Shown here: positions 58,513-64,000 of the stretch, piece after piece
Layout of the letters: every line of letters begins with the position of its first letter
Position numbering within the stretch: position 1 is the stretch's first letter
Assembly (NCBI GenBank): GCA_937901895.1
Contig: CALGTD010000042.1
Location: 590 to 64,589 of the forward strand
Source: an uncultured Spartobacteria bacterium
GTDB lineage: Bacteria; Verrucomicrobiota; Verrucomicrobiia; Chthoniobacterales; JAATET01
DNA: 64,000 bases
Direction: 5' to 3'
Translations under genes and position numbers: made by a program
The notes under the pieces: generated by a model
Databases searched by the model: none
Told to the model about the DNA's origin: nothing
Seen by the model: only the letters and a program-made list of their open reading frames with translations

Positions 58513-58548
58513 AACCCCGTCCGCACGCGTTGCGGACGGGGTTTTCTC
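58513..58548 (+). terminator. Strong intrinsic terminator in the pheT-carA spacer
   Basis: 13-bp perfect stem AACCCCGTCCGCA / TGCGGACGGGGTT with loop CGCGT and the trailing sequence TTCTC. It lies about 230 nt after the pheT stop and about 77 nt before the carA start. Confidence 0.55.
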
Positions 58549-58624
58549 ATGCCGGGGCGCGACATTCCCCGGCGGATTCGAATCCGCAGTTGAGTCGCGC
58601 ACCGCGCGTGATCATATTCGCAGT

Positions 58625-59794
58625 GTGTCTGCGATTTTAGCATTGGAGGACGGCCGGGTATTTCGTGGTGAGGGATTTGGGGCAAAGGGAACGGCGGTCG
58701 GCGAGATTTGTTTCAACACGTCGATGACGGGTTATCAGGAGGTCCTTACGGATCCCTCGTATCGCGGGCAGATTGTGGCCATGACAGCGCCGCAAATCGG
58801 CAACTACGGCGCGAATGCGATCGATATCGAGAGCCCGACTCCGCATGTGCGCGGGTTTGTGATTGAGGAACTCAGCGTGGTTCCCAGCAACTGGCGCGCG
58901 GAATTTTCGCTGCACGAGTTTCTGGAGAAAAATGGCATTCCCGGCATTGAGGGAATCGACACCCGGGCGCTCACGCGGCATCTCCGCACGCGCGGAGCGA
59001 TGCGGGCGTGCGTGACCACGGAACTCGATGAAGAGGCAGCCGTGCAGGCTGCGAAGGAGACTGTTTACGACGGTTATGATTTCGTGCAGGAGGTCACTCC
59101 CACCGAGCCCTACGAATGGGATCCCGATGGCGTCCGGAGCCGCGAATGGGTGCAGGCTGTTGCGCAGGGGGACCGCGGGGAAAAGGACGCTCTTGGAAAC
59201 GTGTTTCTGCCGACGCCGGAGCCCGTGCGGCGGATCGTTGCCTACGATTTTGGGATGAAGAAAAACATCCTGCGGCTGCTGCGGCGTCATGGCTTCGCGG
59301 TGGAGGTCGTTCCGGCGAAGACGCCGGCAAAGGACGTGCTCGCCCGGAAGCCCGATGGGGTGTTTCTGTCAAACGGACCGGGCGATCCGGCGGCGTTGAC
59401 CTACGCGCACGAGACGGTGCGCGCGCTCGTGCCGGAGGTGCCGCTGTTCGGAATTTGCCTCGGACACCAGATCCTCGGCTACGCGCTGGGGGCGAAGACG
59501 TTCAAACTCAAGTTCGGCCATCGCGGAGCGAACCAGCCCGTGAAGGATCTCCGGACGGGGAGGATCGCGATCACTTCCCAGAATCACGGCTACGCGATCG
59601 ACCCCGACTCACTCCCCGATGATGTCGAGGTCACTCACGTGAACCTCAACGACGGCACGGTGGCCGGCATTGCCCACAAGCACCGGCCCGCATTCAGCGT
59701 GCAATACCATCCGGAGGCCTCCCCCGGCCCCCGTGACGCGGCCTACTTCTTCGACCAGTTTGCCAAAACGGTTGATGAATCGAAGGCGCGGTGA
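58625..59794 (+). CDS. carA: Carbamoyl-phosphate synthase small (glutaminase) subunit
   Basis: Probable GTG start at 58625 ([20 protein letters not shown]). GATase active site [11 protein letters not shown], plus [13 protein letters not shown]. Confidence 0.9.
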   Translation: MSAILALEDGRVFRGEGFGAKGTAVGEICFNTSMTGYQEVLTDPSYRGQIVAMTAPQIGNYGANAIDIESPTPHVRGFVIEELSVVPSNWRAEFSLHEFLEKNGIPGIEGIDTRALTRHLRTRGAMRACVTTELDEEAAVQAAKETVYDGYDFVQEVTPTEPYEWDPDGVRSREWVQAVAQGDRGEKDALGNVFLPTPEPVRRIVAYDFGMKKNILRLLRRHGFAVEVVPAKTPAKDVLARKPDGVFLSNGPGDPAALTYAHETVRALVPEVPLFGICLGHQILGYALGAKTFKLKFGHRGANQPVKDLRTGRIAITSQNHGYAIDPDSLPDDVEVTHVNLNDGTVAGIAHKHRPAFSVQYHPEASPGPRDAAYFFDQFAKTVDESKAR

Positions 59795-59809
59795 TAACTG
59801 GAGACGACC

Positions 59810-60325
59810 ATGCCCAAGCTCCGTATCTCCCTCTCAGACGATAACGAAATCCTCCACGAGCTGACCGAGGACACGCTGACGATCGGCCGCGTCGAGGACA
59901 ACGGTCTGCGCCTCGATGATGGCTCGGTCTCCAGCCATCACGCAGAGATCGTGAACGAGGGCGGTGTGTTCAAGGTCCGCGATCTCGGTTCCACGAATGG
60001 CACGTTTGTAAACGAGTCGCAGGTCACCGAGGCCAAACTCAAGGGATCCGATGTGATCCGCTTCGGCAGTGTGGTTTGCCGTTTCGAAGCCGACGCGGCT
60101 TCGGCGGGTGGCGCTGCGCAGCCCCTGCCTCAGACCGAGCGTGCGGCGGCCTCCTTTGGCGGCAGCGGCGGACGACCGGCGAATTTCGTGACCTCCTCGC
60201 CCTTCCCGAAGCCCGTTCCGAAGCCTGATGCGCTGACCTACGCGGCGATTGCGATCGCAGTGATCGGTGCGCTTGCCGCGCTGGCTGCAGCGGGCATGGT
60301 GTTCACGCTGACTCCACCGGTGTAA
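59810..60325 (+). CDS. FHA-domain protein with C-terminal TM anchor
   Basis: FHA core (LTIGRVEDNGLRLDDGSVSSHHAEI...VRDLGSTNGTFVNE) and a C-terminal helix (YAAIAIAVIGALAALAAAGMVF). A GGAGA Shine-Dalgarno sequence lies upstream. Confidence 0.8.
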   Translation: MPKLRISLSDDNEILHELTEDTLTIGRVEDNGLRLDDGSVSSHHAEIVNEGGVFKVRDLGSTNGTFVNESQVTEAKLKGSDVIRFGSVVCRFEADAASAGGAAQPLPQTERAAASFGGSGGRPANFVTSSPFPKPVPKPDALTYAAIAIAVIGALAALAAAGMVFTLTPPV

Positions 60326-60373
60326 AAGCCGCAGGTGTGCGAGCGGGTCGTCGGGGACGCTGGAACTTGGGGA

Positions 60374-60997
60374 CTACTCCCCGAGTTCGACGTTCCAGTA
60401 GGCGAAATCGATGAAGTGCTTCCAGCTCTCGTGATGAGGGCTGGGGAACGAGATGTTCACGAAGGGCCTCCATTTCGGCCGCTTCGGTTTGCGTAAAAGT
60501 TGCATGCCCGCCTCGTGGGGAAGCCGGTTCCCCTTGCGGGAATTGCACGGGATGCAGGAGCACACGATGTTCTCCCAGGTGGTCTGGCCTCCCCGATCGC
60601 GTGGAAACACGTGGTCGAGATTCAGATCCTTCCGGTCGAAGACCTGCCCGCAATACTGGCAGGTGTTCCGATCGCGCTCGAAGACGTTGTGGCGGGTGAA
60701 CTTCACCTCCTTCTTCGGCAGGCGGTCGAACATCATCAACACGATCACCTGCGGAATGCGGATGTTCACCGAAATCGTCCGGATCATCTCGTGTTCCGGT
60801 TCGGCGAGGGAGAGCTCCCGCCAGCTGCCGAAATCGTGGGTGTGGAAGTTGTTCTCAGCGTCGTTGCGCACCACCTGGGCGTGCCCCTGAAAAAGCAGCA
60901 CGAGAGCCCGTCGCACGCTGCAGGTGTTCACCGCCTGCCACAGGCGGTTCAAAACCAGCACGGGTCTGTCGAGGACGGCATCCATCGTTTGAACCAT
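60374..60997 (-). CDS. HNH endonuclease-family protein
   Basis: HNH motif CQYCGQVFDRKDLNLDHVFPRDRGGQTTWENIVCSCIPCNSRKGNR, preceded by a conserved domain of about 100 aa with unknown function. Confidence 0.85.
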   Translation of the reverse strand: MVQTMDAVLDRPVLVLNRLWQAVNTCSVRRALVLLFQGHAQVVRNDAENNFHTHDFGSWRELSLAEPEHEMIRTISVNIRIPQVIVLMMFDRLPKKEVKFTRHNVFERDRNTCQYCGQVFDRKDLNLDHVFPRDRGGQTTWENIVCSCIPCNSRKGNRLPHEAGMQLLRKPKRPKWRPFVNISFPSPHHESWKHFIDFAYWNVELGE

Positions 60998-61155
60998 GGC
61001 GTCGAGCCACGCTCCGCGCGGTGGGTAACCTGACTGGAGAGTGAAGTCAAGTTGTGAATAAAATGTGAACGAATTGGAGACGTCCTCCGCAGCGGTGCGG
61101 GATTTGCACGAAGGTTGTTTTCGAAGGGGCGCTCTGATACTTTGCTCGGTTCATC

Positions 61156-63168
61156 ATGCGAAACTTGAGCGTCCCCCCGCTGCTTGCCGCGCTGGTTTTT
61201 CTCGTGGCGATGCCGGCGTTCCTTCGCGCCGAGGACGACCCGGGTGAGCTTTTCATGCAGGCCTACGGCGAGTTTCGCGCTGCGGAAAAGCTCGAGACCG
61301 AGGGGCGCGGGTCGGATGCCCTCACGAAATATCGCTTCTGCGCCAGTCTGCTCGAGCAGATCGGTCAGAAATTTCCGACTTACCAGCCGCTCGTCATTCA
61401 GTTTCGTCTTGGCAAGAGCCGCGAAGCCATTGCACGGGTGGAGGGGGCGCTCAACTCCCGTTCCAATCTTCCGCCGCTCCCGCCATCGCTCGAATCCAAC
61501 GCGGAACCCTCCCTCACAGCACCGTCCACCGTCCGACCGGCGGCCCCTTCGTTCCGGATACCCACTCGTTCCGGTGCGGGTGCGACACCGCGCGCGCTTT
61601 CGTCGCGCGGAGGCGGAGATCTCGCCATCGGCCGCGGAGCTTCGCCGTCAGTCGCGCGTGAACTCGAAGATCTGCGCAGCCGGCTGCGGGATTCCGAGCG
61701 TCGGGCCAGCGAACTTGAGCGCCAGGTGTTGCAGGAGAAGGCGGAGAAACAAAGCGCCTACAAGGAGCTCGATCTCACGAAGGTCCAGGTCGTCGAACTG
61801 AAGTCCCGTCTTGCCCAGGCCGGTCAGCGACTGCGGGATCTCGAGATCTCGAACGAGGCACTTGCGAACGAGAAGGCCGCCGAAACCCATCGCGTGGTGG
61901 AACTCGAGAGAGATCTCGACGAGGTTCGCGCGGAACTCGAAGTCGTCGAGGAATCCAACAGCGAACTCTTCGCTCGGCTCGAGAAGGCGGCCGAGTTCAT
62001 CGAGGCGTCCGAGGCGATTCGCAAGCAGTTGCTCGCCGATAGAAAGGAACTCGCCGCCGAGATCGCGGGTGGCTCGGATGCAGCGACGAAGAAGCTCCGC
62101 AACGAAATCGATCGCCTGATCGAGGAGAATCGAAAGTTCAAGGAACAGGTCACCGGCATTCCGGCCATCGAGCAGCGCAACGCGGAACTCTCCGCCCGCC
62201 TTGCCGATGCCGAGAAGCGTGCCGAGGCCCTTGAAAAGGAGCGGGACGCCGGGCGTGTCGTCGAGGAGGAGTTGCGCAAGGAGGTCGGGCAACTCAACGG
62301 TTCGATCGCCGCCCTGCAGGACGAGATCAAGGCCGGTCGCAACCGGGTGGCGGAACTCGAGCGTCAATTTGAGGAAACCTCCGCTGCCACCACAGCCGCC
62401 ACCGGCGCAATGGCCAGCGAAAATGCGCTGCTCAAGGAAATCCTCCAGCGGCAGATTCGCGAGCAGGCCAGACGCCAGCAGGCGCGCAAGCTCGTCGCTG
62501 AGGAGATGGAGAAACTTCAGATTCGCTCAGGCACACTTCTCGAGAAGTTGAATGTCCTCGCCGCCGCTGAAGTTGCGCTCACTCCCGCCGAGGAGAAACT
62601 CCTTCGCAAGCCGGAGGTCGCGCTTTCTGCATCCGGCGTCGGCAACTCGTTCGAGCTTTCCGTGGCAAAGGTGAAGATGGAGGATGACCCGCTCGCGGAA
62701 GGCGGTGCGCGGGATGCGCATTCCGCGTCCGACGATCACGCTCTGCCGAACAATGACGGGGTCGATGATGAGGCCTCGGAGGCCTATCGCGCTGCATTGA
62801 ATCAGGGCATCGCGAGCCATCACTCGCATAACTACGCTGACGCGATCAGCGCATTCCGGCGGGCGCTTGAGATTCGGCCGGACGCAGCTGCAGCCCTCAC
62901 GAATCTTGGGATTTCCGAACTCCGCAGTGGGAACGTCGAAGCCGCGAAGGAAACGCTGCGCAAGGCCGTTCAGGCCAACGGAGCCACGCATCTCGCGCAC
63001 TACTTCCTCGGTCTGGCTCTGCAGCAGGAAGGTGACATCGAAGGTGCAATCCGCCAGGCGCGCCGTTCGATCGAGCTGAAGCCCGACTACGAACCGGCCC
63101 TCGAACTCGAAGAGGATCTCCAGGCGGCAACGCCTCCGCAGCGTCCCGCAGCCGGCGCGAAACCCTGA
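61156..63168 (+). CDS. Secreted/periplasmic long coiled-coil protein with C-terminal TPR repeats
   Basis: Signal peptide MRNLSVPPLLAALVFLVAMPAFLRA. It has about 300 aa of heptad-like E/K/R/L-rich sequence. The C-terminal TPR units include AISAFRRALEIRPDAAAALTNLG and AIRQARRSIELKPDYEPAL. Confidence 0.7.
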   Translation: MRNLSVPPLLAALVFLVAMPAFLRAEDDPGELFMQAYGEFRAAEKLETEGRGSDALTKYRFCASLLEQIGQKFPTYQPLVIQFRLGKSREAIARVEGALNSRSNLPPLPPSLESNAEPSLTAPSTVRPAAPSFRIPTRSGAGATPRALSSRGGGDLAIGRGASPSVARELEDLRSRLRDSERRASELERQVLQEKAEKQSAYKELDLTKVQVVELKSRLAQAGQRLRDLEISNEALANEKAAETHRVVELERDLDEVRAELEVVEESNSELFARLEKAAEFIEASEAIRKQLLADRKELAAEIAGGSDAATKKLRNEIDRLIEENRKFKEQVTGIPAIEQRNAELSARLADAEKRAEALEKERDAGRVVEEELRKEVGQLNGSIAALQDEIKAGRNRVAELERQFEETSAATTAATGAMASENALLKEILQRQIREQARRQQARKLVAEEMEKLQIRSGTLLEKLNVLAAAEVALTPAEEKLLRKPEVALSASGVGNSFELSVAKVKMEDDPLAEGGARDAHSASDDHALPNNDGVDDEASEAYRAALNQGIASHHSHNYADAISAFRRALEIRPDAAAALTNLGISELRSGNVEAAKETLRKAVQANGATHLAHYFLGLALQQEGDIEGAIRQARRSIELKPDYEPALELEEDLQAATPPQRPAAGAKP

Positions 63169-63278
63169 TCTGCGGTTGCTGATCGGGAATGCGCGAATTT
63201 TTCGTGAGATGAACGCGCGATCTCCTGAGGTCGCATGAGGCCGGCGGGCCGCATCAATCAAGCCTTCGCGGGTGGAGG

Positions 63279-63362
63279 AAAAATTCCGTGAAGCGCAAGC
63301 GGAAAAATTTTTCGAAAAAATCGCGAAAAACCGTTGACCCCATTTCGCGATATGATATCAAT
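63279..63362 (+). promoter_or_regulatory. Candidate rRNA-operon promoter with phased A-tracts (UP-element-like)
   Basis: A5-6 tracts occur at 63279-83, 63303-07, 63315-20 and 63326-30; the last three are spaced about 11-12 nt apart. They are followed by TTGACC (63334-39) and a weak -10 candidate TATCAA(T) after a 16-nt spacer. This lies about 375 nt upstream of the 16S 5' end. Confidence 0.3.
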
Positions 63363-63607
63363 CTTCTTCCCACGACGGAACGGCCGACAACAAGTCGAGA
63401 CCAACCGAAGTGAGGCGAAGTTCTCTCGAGCGGATGCACCGCCTCGATTGCTCGAAACTCCAGACGGGGATTACCGTCCCCAGGAGACGGGCAGCGAGTG
63501 CAAGGACTCTGCATACGAAGAAGGTTTTTTGAAAGTCTGAATCTGGATTTTTCGCAATCGCGAAAATTCAGAACGCAAAAACAGCAAATTCAGCAAAAAC
63601 TGAATTG

Positions 63608-63624
63608 TGCGTTCTTTCGTTGAT
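63608..63624 (+). promoter_or_regulatory. boxA-like antitermination motif in the rRNA leader
   Basis: TGCGTTCTTTCGTTGAT resembles the bacterial rrn boxA core (GTTCTTT...). It is preceded by the hairpin AATTCAG-CAAAAA-CTGAATT (63587-63606), nested within an outer GAACGCA/TGCGTTC pairing. Confidence 0.3.
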
Positions 63625-63733
63625 TTTGAGTAATCAATAATTAATTGACGACCCATTCCCGACTGGGATCTCACTCAGTTGGAACAATGGATAGTCAGAT
63701 TTTACCACCATGCTGTATCGGTGGTGCAAATTC

Positions 63734-64000
63734 TTTACGGAGAGTTTGATTCTGGCTCAGAACGAACGCTGGCGGCGTGGATAAGACATGCAAGTCGAAC
63801 GGGACTTGCGATGTAGCAATACATTGCAAGTCTAGTGGCGGACGGGTGCGTAACACGTGAGCAACCTGCCCAAAAGTGGGGGATAGCTCGCCGAAAGGCG
63901 AATTAATACCGCATGTGGCCATGGAAGACATCTTCCTGACGCTAAAGCAGCAATGCGCTTTTGGATGGGCTCGCGGCCTATCAGCTTGTTGGTGAGGTAA
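63734..64000 (+). rRNA. rrs: 16S ribosomal RNA, 5' partial (continues beyond the window)
   Basis: It contains the universal 5' sequence AGAGTTTGATTCTGGCTCAGAACGAACGCTGGCGGCGTGGATAAGACATGCAAGTCGAACG, followed by GTGCGTAACACGTGAG. The exact mature 5' end is estimated by analogy to E. coli. Confidence 0.95.

Noticed and set aside
63254-63931. Small ORFs at 63254-63514(-), 63334-63540(+), 63471-63674(-) and 63695-63931(-).
   Set aside because: They lie in the AT-rich rRNA leader or inside the 16S rRNA gene itself, so they are spurious.

Overview
GC-rich bacterial chromosomal window. The partial 16S rRNA 5' end at the right edge and a PEP-CTERM protein are consistent with Verrucomicrobiota, possibly Opitutae-like; this is unverified without a database search. 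I found no transposase, integrase, CRISPR array, tRNA or obvious foreign island. Most of the window is housekeeping: dnaG-rpoD, gnd, hisS-aspS-apaG, alaS, yebC, class II and class I FBP aldolases, mnmE, pyrD, hisG, glnD, rpmI-rplT-pheS-pheT and carA. Accessory envelope genes lie between these blocks. The two best candidates for an undescribed system are listed first below, followed by smaller observations.
- **Orphan ATPase operon (44236-47321, minus strand):** a tightly packed DUF2062 / membrane-extended GspE-type ATPase / CvpA operon, facing a divergent OmpA-like peptidoglycan anchor. No platform, pilin or secretin genes are in the window.
- **Lipid-tailoring cassette (10719-16821):** a translationally coupled set of FAD oxidoreductase, lipoprotein, flippase-like permease, LPLAT, GT2, NodB deacetylase and LpxL-like acyltransferase.
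- **Smaller observations:** an untracked 34-codon bS22-like basic ORF; a frameshifted NHL-repeat gene with no canonical start; a repeat- and palindrome-rich 412-nt spacer upstream of the PEP-CTERM gene; terminator or attenuator hairpins around rpmI, rplT, pheS and carA; and a Lys/Ala/Pro-rich in-frame extension upstream of the canonical rpoD start.

Many long ORFs in the six-frame track are antisense shadow ORFs of the GC-rich sequence and were rejected. All family assignments come from motif recognition by eye and need HMM or BLAST confirmation.
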